Shown one piece after another: positions 50,530 to 63,581 of a stretch of DNA of 64,000 bases; the stretch's first letter is position 1, and each line of letters starts with the position of its first letter. The stretch lies in the NCBI GenBank assembly GCA_016748015.1, contig JAAOMT010000299.1:1-64000 (forward strand), written 5' to 3'. Source of the DNA: Geosiphon pyriformis uo1. Lineage: Eukaryota > Fungi > Glomeromycota. The notes beneath the pieces were generated by a model, which saw only the letters and a program-made list of their open reading frames with translations, was not told the origin of the DNA and searched no databases. A program made the position numbers and the translations under genes.

Positions 50530-51290
50530 GAAAATTCATCTGTTGAAGGTTACTTAGAATGAGCCCAAAATGAAACAGATCTCACATTCAGGTTAAAGTA
50601 TAAACAAGTCTTTTTTTATTTACAAGTAATTATTAACTTTTGTACTGGAGTTCATTTCAATAGGTCTTCATTAAAACTTGTGGCTAGACAAATGTTTATA
50701 CCAATTTGGTCTGCTTGGTGCCATCTTATTTACCAATTAATTAAAATTGCTGATAAAAAACAATAGCTACAATTGAAACCTGAAGTTTGCAAGCTGATTC
50801 AAGAAAGAATTGTAATTTTTCGATCTAAACTTTCAAATCAACATCAAGGCCATAATACAATACTTGAAGAAATTAACAAAATGCTCAAATTGTTGATTCC
50901 TTCTACACCTTCACAACAGTATTGGAAAATTGCAACATGTAACTGTATCAAATTTGAGAGATTGCATACTAACTTTTTTAATGTTATTGGATATTTTAAA
51001 AGTGAAATATACAGATCTCATACACATCCTAGTTTTATTGCTAAATCAAATTAATTTTGAGTTCAAATAAGAAAGACACAGTTTGTAAATCCAAATGTTT
51101 CTAATCATGTTTTTTGTGATATTGGCCATGAATGAATATTAAGCAAACAAATGAAAAAATTTAGTAAAATTACACAAATAAAAAGAATAAACTTTTTTAA
51201 AGCAAGGCAAATTAAGAAAACATTGTTAGGTACTTAAAAACCAATTCCAATAACAAGTAAAGAAGCAGATCATCAAAAAATGTAAATCTG
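50530..51290 (+). pseudogene. Captured fragment of an unknown protein-coding sequence
   Basis: Long, nearly open frame with a few stops, including ORF 50773-51054. No family assigned. Confidence 0.4.
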
Positions 51291-52541
51291 TTAATAAAAT
51301 TACAACTATTACTTATTATTAACTCTAATACCTTTTTTAAGTAATCATGTTTTCGAAGCTTATCAAGTTAATTGTGTAACAACTTAATAAATATCTTTTA
51401 AGAAGTTAGAAATATATTGTATTGTGTACAGTTTTGTTTATGTTGGGTTGGATGCATTACCATTTATAATTGGCATTTTTAAAACATAATATGTTGAGTT
51501 TAGGTCCAAATTTCTATTTTGTGTAATTATGTTTGGATTATGAAAAGCATTTAACATGGATTTATTTGCCCCAAAAAAGTTGATTTTTAATACATCTTTA
51601 AAACTATCAGTCAAACTTTTGCTTACTAATACTAAATATTGGTCAAATGATGAATATGATTGCTAGTATGGAGCTCTTTTTTAATTATAGATACCAAAGT
51701 TGGTATAAAAATGTATTTATTGGGTATATATTGGAATCCTTATGCTCTGAGTTTTATTACTGGTCACATTTCTCTTCCTAAGAAAAAATAAATTCGAACT
51801 CTGTTTCCAGTTGATTTGCTTGAGCAATGTTTCATTAACAAACTTGTTCCCAAAGAATCCCATTGAACTATTATTCTTACTTGTAGGTCTGTTAATTTCT
51901 TCTTCCAATATGGAAAAAAAGTAATCTCATTAGCCAAAGTTTGATCCAGAGTAATTTCATTAATACTTGCAGCAACAGTTTCTAAAGCACTACCAGCCTC
52001 TAAAGCACCACCAGTCTCCAAAACACCAAGAGCAGCAGTACTGTATCATATGTTAACTATTATTAAAACTTACATAATACCTGCAAACAACAAGTCAGAT
52101 ATAATAGTTCTGTTATTGTCTTTTGATAGCAGTGGCAGCTTATAAAGAAGAAAAGTAATTGAATATTGTAATATTCCAGAAATTTTGTTTAGTGTTTTAC
52201 AATTATTTCCAGAAACTTTTCTAATTTTTTTTACTATCATAAAAAGAATAATTTCTATTGACAAATCGAGAAATCTCCCTGACTGTACATGTTTAATTAA
52301 ATATGAGATGACATCTGATGTTCATATCTAATATTATATAATTATAGTGTGACTATAGAGAGTGAAAATTACTTATATTCTGCTATTATATTTGTGAAGA
52401 TAAGAACTATAAGGAGATATATATAGTAAAAGTGACTATAAGAAGATAATATTATATATAAATGGTTTTGGTTTTTAAAAAAATGTGATTATAAGAAAAT
52501 AGTGACTATAACCAAAGAGACTATAAAAAGAGTTCACTGTA

Positions 52542-53035
52542 CAGAAAAAAGCAGAAAATGCTGTTGACAAAATAATTCTGAAAGTAAAATTGGCAATAGA
52601 AGAGCCAACAAGTGTCACCACATATCAAGAAGTGACTAAAAAAACTTGGTTGTGATAGATACAACAATTTTCAAGAAACTTTTGTTACTTTTACTTGGGA
52701 CAACATCTGAATATTCAGAACTTATATATAGATAAAACAAAATGATTATTTGATACAACAATATTACAACAACTTGAAAAATTTGTGGGAAAGAACAATC
52801 TAACAACACAAGCAAGAGCCATTTATCGATTACATGCTGGATTTCAAGACCAACCAGAAATTTTACTTAATCCAATAATAGATGACATTACTATTAATCA
52901 GATGGAAAAAATAACCAATGCCTAATTTGAAGAGTTACAAAACAAGATAACACAAATAATTCTTGAAAAAAAAGTTCAAAAAATACTCAACAACAAAGAA
53001 CTAGAATTAGGAAATCTCAATAGAGCTCAATATTA
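52542..53035 (+). pseudogene. Element B ORF3 (distal part; proximal part about 48180-48313)
   Basis: QQLEKFVGKNNLTTQARAIYRLHAGFQD..EKITNA-FEELQNKI aligns with C1 ORF3 QLLEPFIGKTNTTFHSKTVYRIFKAF..QLTNSQFQELQQQI. Confidence 0.75.
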
Positions 53036-53049
53036 AAAAAAAAAAATAA

Positions 53050-53811
53050 TGTTATTTATAAAATATAAGAAATATATTAGCATATAAATTAGCCAATCAG
53101 AAGTAGCTGTAGTAAATATGGAATTCCAGGATTCCTCTCAAGAGAAATTGCAGAATTCCAGAAATTAAGAAATCTCAATTATGTATATATAGCAGTAGTG
53201 TGAAAAGTAGAAAAGACAGACCTCCCAGTTTAAATTTGATCTCAATCTTTTAACATCACAAATATTAATAAATAATTATTTACTATCTTCAATTTTACTC
53301 TTCACTATCAACACTTCATGTTGATAATAAGTAATACTTAACTATACTGGAACAATAACTCTTGATCATGGCTATTGACAAGATACTAACTTGTAAATTG
53401 CCTTGGCTTATTTTTTTTATTTTCTTTTGTTTTTTTTTTCTTTATGTCATTTCTGTAATTTTATTGTTGCATACTAATTGATTGAAAGAGAATAATGCAT
53501 AGAGTACTGACATTAAAGTGACTGGTAAAAGACCCAGAAATAAGAGTAGAACACTCAATTGAAGATAGCTTACCAGAAAGAATACCAGTTATTATGCTAA
53601 GAAAAAAATTGACAAAACTGCGGTTTCAAAAAGCTATGGATAAACACTATTGAATCTCTGTCTATTATACAAAGAACACAATTAAAATCTTTAGATAACA
53701 ATATTTTCAGATACAAACAACCTCCAAATAAAATTATCAACCAAAACATCCACCAAGCACCAAGTTATGGGTTTGTTATTGAATTTGAGGCCCCAAATAA
53801 TTCCCATAACA
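53050..53811 (+). repeat. 3' LTR of element B
   Basis: TGTTA...TAACA, homologous to 4313-6225. Confidence 0.9.
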
Positions 53812-54385
53812 TTAATTAATTTTTTTTAATTAGTAATATTAATTTTTTATGATTAATATAAACATTAAACTTTTAGTGTAAATATTTTTTTATTTAATTA
53901 TAGTTTAGTAGATTGCTAAATATTCTAGTGTTAAAATTTTATAGTTTTTTTTTGTAGAATTTAAATTCCTATTAATATATGTTACTAAATGTTTTTTTTA
54001 TAAGTCCTAATCCAAAAACATTAATGGTAATCATAAATTTATTATTATTATTTAAATATATTAGAATTAAAATTTGTATAAGTTTTTGTTTTAACATTTT
54101 AAAAACTTGTTATTGTATTTTTGTCTACTTGTATCAAGTATTTTTGGTCTAAAATTAGTGAAATAATTGTGTAATTACTGAGAAGTTTTGTATAAATTGT
54201 TGATAATATTTAGCTAATTTTAAGAAGTTTTTAAGTTCTGTTAGATTTTTTGATAGAAAGTTCTTTACTTTTTTAATTTTATCTGAATTTGTTTTAATGT
54301 TTTTTTTTTAACTATGTGTTCCAAAAATTTAAGCTCTGTTTTTCTGAAAAAATATTTGTTTATATTTAACTTTAATTTAGCATGT
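53812..54385 (-). pseudogene. Very old RT/RNase H relic
   Basis: Reverse strand reads AKLKLNINKYFFRKTELKFLEHI.. and KFNVYINHK, homologous to B RT/RH. Confidence 0.75.
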
Positions 54386-54462
54386 TGTTACCTGAGTAGA
54401 GAAACTGATCCAAAGTTATGAAGAAATGTGACCAGAACATAACATAACACAGAATAGCATAC
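54386..54462. repeat. End of another LTR (TGTTACC..), interrupted by D2
   Basis: A TGTTA terminus breaks the RT relic; only 77 bp are visible. Confidence 0.45.
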
Positions 54463-55467
54463 TGTTACTGAAGGTTTTTGGTCTCTTTTTTTAAATGTTG
54501 TTGATGCCTGTTTGTTGTGAATTCACGTTTTCTGAATGTGGTTGAACCTCCAATAACTGAATTTATTTTCAAATTATCTCCTATAATTTGAATAGCTGGG
54601 CTTATAAGTGAAATGGCCAATTCCTTGCCAGTTACTTTATGTAGTTACATTGTAGTAAACATCAACTTTTTCTCAGGAATTGCTTATCTGGAAGCTCACT
54701 GAAATGTATAGTTACTTTGCTGTAAAAGTTAACTCTTCTACAGGAATCTTGTTTGTAGGCTACCTTAATGATTGTAATAAGAAAATAAAAGAAAAATAAA
54801 AGAAATGTAAAAGAAATAGAATTTTGTCAAGAGAAACGTTTTCTATCCAGGCCTGGAGTCATTAACAGTTTACTGAAATTGGTAGCTAATCAATTTCGAA
54901 ATGTTAGTTGGGTTTTGGAGATTTTCCAAGTACAATAATTAAAGAATTTGGTTTTTTCGAATTATTTAATATTTATTTTTTGTGTGTATAGGAACAGTTT
55001 TTAAGAGATAAATCTAAAGTAAGATACATTTTCTCGAAGAGAAAAGCTCTTCTTTTATACAACTTGTCATAACACTATTCTATGAACTTGAACTTTGCTA
55101 TTTTCTACAATTTTGCTAAACTAAAGATACATTTCAGTGAACTACAAGTTATTTCTGCAAACTATTAGATATTTCAGTGAACTATCAATTATTTTGGCAA
55201 ATTTCTACAAATTTTGGCAAACTTTTAAATGTTACATAGTTTGGAGTATTGCATGATTGATCATCGCAATTAGGTTACATTTGTGTTGTGTACAATTTGG
55301 GTTATTAATTAAATTTTGAACATTTTTGCTAATGTAATAAGTGATTATTTAAAACAATAATATATGCTAATTAATGATAGAAATTATAAGATAATTTCAT
55401 GCTAAATAATCTCTTTAATTTTGTCTGGTAACATAACCTCTTCCTCAAGACTGAGCTCCATCGAAGT

Positions 55468-56413
55468 CCAAGTACTGTTTGTCATTTCCAGATAATAATC
55501 CAAAATTATTGAAGAAATTTGGTCTGAAAATTGTTGAAATTTCAGTTCTGTGAGCTTTCCAATGTATTGAATCTTCAAAGGTTGAAAAATTGGGTTTTGT
55601 AGTACATTTTTACAGGTGTGGAATAGGTTATAAAGTCTAAAAGCAGCTTTGAGCCTGTAGCAACTGTTTGTTGATCCAGCTGTTGTCTTGAATTCGTTGT
55701 AGAGTTGTTTCTGAATAGCTTCTTTTGTGAGGTTTGCTGTTGTAAGTTCCAGTTTCCATTCGTAGAGTGTTTTTCCAATGTGAAAATATCTATAGATTGG
55801 AGAATATTCAGTGTTTTCCTCATTGAGACACAGTTGAAGTCTTTATTGAATTGTAGTATTTGGTGGAATACTAATTAGAGTGAGCATTAGGTTTTCTCTT
55901 AAAGCAAGCTTTAAAAGTTCTGGCAGGTGAATTCCAGTATAACTTCTTGTGTTCTTTTTATATGGGTGATATTTTCGTGAATTTGGGGCTAAATTTGTAA
56001 CTACTTCTGTTTGGGTATAATTAATGTGGTTTTCAATAACAGTAATAGATAATTTGGGTATTGTTTTTAAAGCTAACATTAGTTTTTGGGATAATTGTTG
56101 AATGTTTTGAGAAATAGTCATTATAAGCAATTTGAAATAAAAGAAAATTATTTTTGGTGTATGGGTTTTTATGTTATTTTTGTTTTGTTTTTGTGAGATT
56201 GTTTCTAANNNNNNNNNNNNNNNNNNNNGTATAACTTCTTGTGTTCTTTTTATATGGGTGATATTTTCGTGAATTTGGGGCTAAATTTGTAACTACTTCT
56301 GTTTGGGTATAATTAATGTGGTTTTCAATAACAGTAATAGATAATTTGGGTATTGTTTTTAAAGCTAACATTAGTTTTTGGGATAATTGTTGAATGTTTT
56401 GAGAAATAGTCAT
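55468..56413 (-). pseudogene. D2 ORF3 (stop, and partial duplication around an N gap)
   Basis: Near-identical to D1 ORF3. Confidence 0.8.
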
Positions 56414-56529
56414 TATAAGCAATTTGAAATAAAAGAAAATTATTTTTGGTGTATGGGTTTTTATGTTATTTTTGTTTTGTTTTTGTGAGATTGTTTCTAA
56501 ATTATAAGAGAATAACTAGTAGAATTAAA

Positions 56530-57915
56530 TTAAGTGTTCAGGTTGGAAGGTTGTTCAATGATGACTATTGGTTCTAAGTTTTAGGAAATATCTTCGGAAT
56601 TGACTAAAGGGGAATGTGTACTAATTTGTGGAATTAATGGTTTAGAATTGTTTCTAGAATGATAGTGTTTCAAACGATCTCCATGTGCAACTTTTGCTAG
56701 GATTTTGTCATCAAGTTTTAGCTTGTATAATCTATTGCCTAGGACTTCATGGATAAAGAATGGTCCATCCCATTTATTTTCAAATTTTCCATTCTATTGT
56801 TTTTCAGCTTTAGTTCTGTGTAAGAGAACTTTGTTTTCAATTTTAAATTCATTGGTGACTGGAAGCAATTTGTTATCATGCCGTTTTTTTTGTTGAGCTT
56901 GGAAGTGTTCAATATAGGTGGCTGCTATTCGTCGTTTTCCTTCCAATGTGCTAAGCAGAGTATAGGCTCTTCACTGAAGCATTTTTTGGAAATTGTTTTC
57001 ATTAATTGGTTGTGCTGGATATGTTTCCACTGTGAAACTAATTAGTAACGTTGCCATCTTTCCGTAAGTTAAATCAAATGGTGTGTGTTTCATGGTATTT
57101 TGTTTTAGTGTCCTATATGCTAATAACATTGATGGAATAAAGAGATCCCATTCTTGCTCAAAATTGGTTGAGACTTTGGCTAATGATTCACACAATGTTC
57201 TGTTAAAACATTCCACAAGTCTGTTTGTTTGTGGATGGTAGGGTGAAGACAGAGGTCTTTTAACATTGAATCATTCGCAAATTTCTTGTATCATGTTGTT
57301 CACAAAGTGTGTTCCCTGATCGGATAAAAGTTCAATTGGACATCTATGTCTACAAATAATGTCTTCGTAGATGAAATTTGCTATGGATTTCGCATCTGCT
57401 CGTTGAATGGCTCTGGCTTCAGGCCATTTAGTAAGATAGTCTACAGCTACTGCAATATAATGGTTTCCTTGAGTGGTGATAAATAGTGATCTGACTAAAT
57501 TAATACCAACTCAGTCAAAGGGTTGTCCAACTTTGATTGGATTTAATGGTTCAGTAGGGTGTGTTCCTCCTCTTCTTTGACAACTATTACAAGATTCAAC
57601 ATATTCGTGAATGTCTTTTCTCATTCAAGACAAAAAGTAGTATTCCAGTGTTCTTTGAATGGTGCTATCTTTTCCGAAGTGTGCTGATGAAGGATCTGAG
57701 TGCATGTTGTATAATATGGTCTCTTTTTTCTGTTCTTGTATTAATCTGAGTGGGTTGTTTGGATTTTTGAAATTTCGATGATAAATAATGTTGTTGTGTA
57801 GAAAATATTGTTTGGTTTGTTGTTGTAGTTGATGTTTTTTATCTGGAGACCAATCTGTTGGGATTGTTAATGTTTTCAAATATTGTTTGAGATTGTTGTA
57901 GTTTTCCGAATTCAT
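56530..57915 (-). pseudogene. D2 integrase (separate ORF)
   Basis: MNSENY start, HHCC, core and GPF motifs as in D1. Confidence 0.9.
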
Positions 57916-57966
57916 TGTTTGTTGGCTCTTTTGGTTGGTTTGGTTGAGTGTTGGTTTTTGTGTTTT

Positions 57967-60900
57967 CTAATCTTGTCTCATTCTGGAGAGACAGTCAACA
58001 TTGGTGTGAAGTTTTTCTGGTTTGTAATATACTATGTATTGATAGTTTGCTAGAAATCCTGTCCATTGGGTTTGTTTTGCATTCAGCTGAGTATTTTTGT
58101 TTTGAAGCCATTTGAGTCCAATATTATCAGTGATAATATCAAATTTTTTAGGCCTGAGATAAAAGTTGAAGTGATGTAGGGTCCAGATTACTGCTGCGGT
58201 TTCTAATTCTGTTGTGGGGTAGTTCTTTTTGGCTGGTTTTAATGTTCTACTAGCATAAGTAATTACTTGCTCATTTTCATTGTCATCTAACTGTGATAGG
58301 ATGGCACCAAAGGCAGTATGAGAGGCGTTAGTTGCTAACCAGAATTGGTTGCTGAAATCTGGGTAGGCGAGAATTGGAGCTGTTGTGAGTTTTTCTTTAA
58401 GTATCTCGAAGGCATTTTGATGTTCTTCTTTTTATTTGTATTCGACATTTTTAGTAGTGAGCTGGTTGAGGGGTTTTGCAATTTCTGAGAATCTTTTAAT
58501 GAATTTCCGGTAATAGGATGCTAATCCAATAAATCCTCTTAATTCAGTGGTATTTCGTGGAGTTTTGAAGTTCTTGACAGTACTGATTTTTCTGGGGTCT
58601 GTTTTAATTCCATTTTTGCTAACAATGTGACCAAGAAAAACTAAACTTGTTTTTCCGAAGTAGCATTTTTCAATATTCAGTTTCAATCCTGTTTTCCGTA
58701 ATCGTTGAAAAACTTCTTGCAGGTGAATTAAATGTAACTTGAAAGATAGTGAATAAACATCAGTGTCATCAAGATAAACTACTACAGATTTCCAAAGGAG
58801 GCCTTTGTAAACAACATCCATGAGTCTTTGGAATGTTGCTGGTGCATTGTATAATCTGAAAGACATTACATTGAACTCGTAATTTTCTTCTTGAGTGGTG
58901 AATGCTGTTTTGGGGTGGTCTTTGGGATCCATAGCAACTTGCCAGTATCCACTCTCTAAATCTAATGTCGAAAAGTATTTGGACTTTCCAAGAGCATCCA
59001 ACATGTTATCAATTCGGGAAAGAGGGTAGGCATCTCCAATGATGACACTGTTGAGTTGTCGATAATCAACACAAAATCAGATCTTTCCATTTTTTTTTTA
59101 ACTAGGACCACAGATAAGGCCCATGGGCTCATTGATGGTTGAATAAGCCCATTGTTAAGCATCCGTTGTACTTCTTCTCAGATAAATTGGTAACTTTCTG
59201 GAGCAACTCGGTAGGCTTGTTGTTGCCTTGGTTTGGCATCTTCTGTATAGATTTGGTATTGAACCAAATTAGTTCTTCCTAAGTCATTGTTGTTTTTGGC
59301 AAAGATGTCAGCAAATTCTACAATTAGCTCTGTGAGCTGGTTTTGTTGTTGTGGTTCAAGTTGTCCTATGTTGATTTGAGATAGTTTTTCCATGACAACA
59401 TGGTAGTTTTCAGAGCTAGGATTTGGGTTGATTTTTGGTAGTAAATATCCAATGATTTTCGAAAAATTGGGAACTGTCTGGGGTAGTTCTTGTTGAAAGA
59501 TGTTACTGTGAATGACTCCAATTTCTAAGTTATTTAATAGAACTATGGAATAATTGTTGGGATTGTAAAAAGTAACTCAGACTTTTTTTGTTCTTTCTGA
59601 AATATAAATGTTTGGAATTGAAATGTTATGTTCCAAGCAGACTTGTTCATTGGACTCAAAAATTTGTTGTGTGGTTGTTGGCTTTGGGCAGGTGTAGATT
59701 TCCAGATGTTCTCCAAAGGGTGAGATGATAATCGGTTGTAGAAGTCTGAGAATCTAGTGGGATTTGTTCTGTGTGTTAAGAGCTATATTAACTGGAACTG
59801 TGAATTGTCCAGTTGAACCAAAATCTTGGGTTCCTCTGTTGCTTTTTCCTAATTGTTCTCTTTGATTAACTAGTTGCAAACCTGAAATGTTGATTAGGGG
59901 TAGGTAAATAGCTTGGGCAATTTTTTCAGCATGTTTAATCTTGAATGGTTTATCAGTTTCATTTTGAAGCATCACTGTAATGTCTTCAGTATATCCAGCA
60001 TCGATTACTCCTCCTCTGACATTGATTCCTTTGCTTGCCAAAGAAAACCGGGAGGCAATTTGAACCATTGCTCCTGGTGGAATTTCGAGTGCAATTTTGA
60101 GGTTAATTTTTGTGAGAGATTTGGGTTTGAGAACAAAAGTATCCTTGTCTGGATATCTTAGGTCATATTCAGCATCAATTTCGTGTGCTTTTTTGGGTTT
60201 TATTCCTTGTCCATTGTTGTTGAAGTATTTAAGTTGTACAGCAAGCTGATTTTTGATAAGGTAGATAGGTGTGGTTTCAATTTCTTCCATTGTTTTAGGT
60301 TCTCCAAATTCAATTTTGTTCTCATCATTTTTGCTGGGCAAGAGGATACTAAGAGCGTAGCATTCAGAACACCACTGTTCATCACAAGGCATAATGCATT
60401 CTTCATATAGCCTAATGTTCATTTGCTCTAACCATTGAATTTGAGCTTCTTTGGTCGGATATGTGTGGCTTGCAGTTTGGTGGTAGGTTTCTACTTTATC
60501 TTCATAATCAAATCCAGCTAATTCCATGGTATACTCAATATATTCAGCTTCTTTTATTTGGCGGACATCTTTTTGGGTGGCTCCATTGATCAATGCCATT
60601 GCTAGGTCAAAAATCATTTCAGCATCATGAGGGTAGTGGTAAAGTTTATTGAGAGCACTGTTGTATGCTGCATCAAATGATGTTCCTTTTCTGATTTTTT
60701 CCGAAATTGATAGAGCATATTGACAGGTTTGATCACATACTCCTTCTCTCATTGCTATATCAATCCAATTGTATTCTTCTGATAGCATTTCTTCACATGT
60801 AAGGCAAGGTGTATTGTCTCATTTTTCACTTCTTTTTGAAGATCCAAATCGTTCTCTATGGCATGCTTTGCAAAAGTAACAGGTACAAGTTTCATATTCC

Positions 60901-63581
60901 TCTTCTGAAGAAATACATGCTCCCATTGATGAAAGTTTTTTGTTGCAATCTTTGTATTTGAATAGAATATAGAGTGGTTGTTTCCATGGTTCTGGTGTAG
61001 AATATCTAACTTTCTTCCATCCCCTTGATTCTTCAAAAATCTCTTGTTCAGTTTTTTCAGCCCAATTGGTTGTTGATCCAAGAGCCATGTAGGTTTCAGT
61101 AAGTGGCATTTCTTTCTTCTCTTCAAATTCAAATACTGGAGCTTTTTCTGAGTATTTGTTAAAGATACCACAGATTGCAGGTACTATGGTATTTTGTCCT
61201 TGGTATGAGATTTTAAGTTCTTGAGTTTCCCAGTTCAGGTTTGCATTGGCCTTGAAAAGCCAGTCATTTCCAACTAGAGCTTGGTATTGGGGTGTATCCA
61301 TAACAAGAACTTTAACTGGAATGGTGATTCCATCAATTGAAAAAGGGAAATCATCAATTTTTCCTACTGGAGTCTTCTTCATACCATCAACTGTGACAAT
61401 AACTGTTTGAGCTGGTCTGTCTACGTTTTGTTTGAGTTGTTGCATTAGCTGGTAAGTAATGATACTTCCAGCTGATCCACTATCTAAGATTAAGCGAATG
61501 GGTTTTCCTTTTACTGTAGCTTCTGTGTACATAGCAGTAATTGCTTTCTGTTCATTGACTACTGCATTACTAAGCAGAAATGGTGATTCATTTGCTCCAA
61601 ATTCAAATAGAAATATATCTGACAGATTAGCATTTTGGGCAATTTGAGCTGGTGGAATTGTGTGGTTGGAAGGGTTTGATCTTAGCGCTGCAACTTCATT
61701 TTCAGAGAGTGCAGTTTGTTGAAAATTCGATTCCTCTGGTATTGTAAGATAACTGGGTTGAGTATGATAGTGATTGGGTCTTTGCTGGCCCGAATTTTGG
61801 GGAACCAACTGGTTATTTGGATTGATTCTGTTGTGGTTATTCTGCAATTGATTTTGGTGTGTGAATTGGTTGTGTTAAACCAATCTTCTTGCTGATACTT
61901 GATATTGTTAAGTGGGTGGTGTCTGATATGGCTGAATTGGTAAAGATTGCTGATATTGTTGCTGCATTAATTGTGGAGCTGGTAGATAGTAGTTTTGATT
62001 TTGTGGTCTTGGTGAATAATAGGTTGATGGTGGAGATTGGTAATAGGATTGTTGTGGTAAAGAGTAATGTTGATTACTCCTGTTTTGTTGGTCTCTTTGC
62101 AATTTCCTACAATTTCGTTTCCAGTGTTCTGGAATTCCACAATAATGACAATTTTGAGATTGGTTGTTGGATGTTAATCCAAAATTGTTTTGGTTGTGTT
62201 GTTGTGGTGGTTGATATCTTTGTGGTTGTTGCTGCTGTTGTTGTTGGTTTGTAAAATAGCTTTCAACTTTCTTTGTGAGTTGGTCTATCTTTTCTTCAGC
62301 TGCTGAGCTGGTTTCTTCAATTGCAAGGTTTACAAGCTTGGTGTGATTTGCTTTTTCTATTGCCATTTCATAGCTCTTTGTATGTCTAATAGCAATTGCT
62401 AAGTCTGCTGGAGCATGTGGACAGACTTTCTTAATCAGTTTGTCTTTTAATCCTGCTATAAACTGATCCAGGATTTGAGCATCAGAATAGTAGTCATTGG
62501 TTTCCAATTGTTGGATTCGTCTAAGAAGTTTGTTAAATCTTCTAAGATAGGTCATAACAGATTTAGATGTTTCTTGTTTGATATTGCAAAAGCAGTTTTT
62601 GAGAGTGATAGAGGTATTGTTGTCGGTGAATTGTTGTAGAAAAGCATCTTTGAATGCTTGCCAGTTTTTGAATGGTTCTTTTAAATTTTCAAACCATTCT
62701 TCTGCTGTTCCTTGGAGAAAGTAGAGAATTGCTTTGAGCATTCTCGCTACAATCCAACCATTTGCATCTCCTGCTTTTTGAATCTTGTCAAGCCATTCTT
62801 GAGGACTGGTATCATTGTCTTCTCTAGTGAATTCTGGGATTTTTGCAATGTAAGCAGTTGTCATTTCTTTCTCGTTTTCTGTAATTTCTTCTGGTTCTGA
62901 TTCAGTTTCTTTACTTTCCAAGCTTTCTGAGTGATTACTTTCGTTTTCCTGTAAGTAATCAATGATATTGGCACTTGTTGATATTGGTTTCTGCTGTTGT
63001 GTAGGATTTCTAGGTGACTGAAAATCTTCTGGTCTGGAGAAACAGCTAAGTGGTGAACTTGGTGTTTGTGGTTGAACAAGTGAAATTAGAAATGGTGTAA
63101 TAGAAAGTGGTAATTTGACACTGGTTTCTTGTTTAGGTGTTTGCAAGTGTTTGGCAGTTGTTTTTTGTAGTGTTGAAGTGTTTGGAGTGGTTCTTGAGTA
63201 TTGCTTCAATCTTTGTTTGCCTTTGTTGCTTGTTTTTGTTTCTGATTCAAAGTCAAAAGAGTATTTAGACTGTACTAGGTATTTTTCTTCACAATACTTA
63301 ATAATGTTAAAATTAAGTTCTTGGAAGTAGGTAGCAAGTGTTTCACTGTTCAGGTCTTCTGTTCCCAATTGTGAATAGTGCACTAAATTATTGTAGAGAT
63401 TGCTTCTAACTTCTGAAATGTTGTAGTTTTCAAAAAAATAATTGTTGATACAGTTTTCAATGTATTGGTATACTGATTTCTTTACAACTTCAATTCCGTC
63501 TGGAATGTTGAATCTTTGTTTGCAGTGGGTGTAAATTGACTGGTAATACTCTAGAGTTGCTGTGTCTAGTGTGGTTGCCAC
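57967..63581 (-). pseudogene. pol: D2 Gag-Pol
   Basis: ORFs 61908-63581 (gag, CHYCGIPEHWKRNC), 60819-61847 (LDSGSAG), 59754-60788 (dUTPase) and 58432-59004 (YLDD). Confidence 0.94.

Larger units (their letters stand above)
48314..52539 (-). mobile_element. pogo/Tigger-like (Tc1-mariner) DNA transposon with cargo
   Basis: TIRs CAGTGAACT../..AGTTCACTG, TA TSD at 48312-13 and 52540-41, subterminal GACTATA repeats. Interrupts B ORF3. Confidence 0.9.
4313..53811 (+). mobile_element. Element B: Ty3/Gypsy LTR retrotransposon hosting five direct insertions (plus C2 inside C1)
   Basis: Related LTRs at 4313-6225 and 53050-53811, PBS after the 5' LTR, decayed PPT before the 3' LTR. The coding sequence rejoins across each insertion (DFRAV|SPWEIT, NC|GKKLSSMG, GN|D-HARW). 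Confidence 0.88.

Noticed and set aside
51840-51900. Lipase-like RIIVxxxSLG motif in the pogo cargo
   Set aside because: The motif is imperfect (WDSLG), overlaps a possible splice donor, and has no supporting context.
55938-56500. Tandem duplication of the ORF3 5' end in D2
   Set aside because: Identical copies flank a 20-N gap, so this is most likely an unmerged contig overlap.
61848-61915. Gag stop or readthrough in D2
   Set aside because: The TAA codons are CAA in E1, i.e. C>T decay; gag and protease share one frame.
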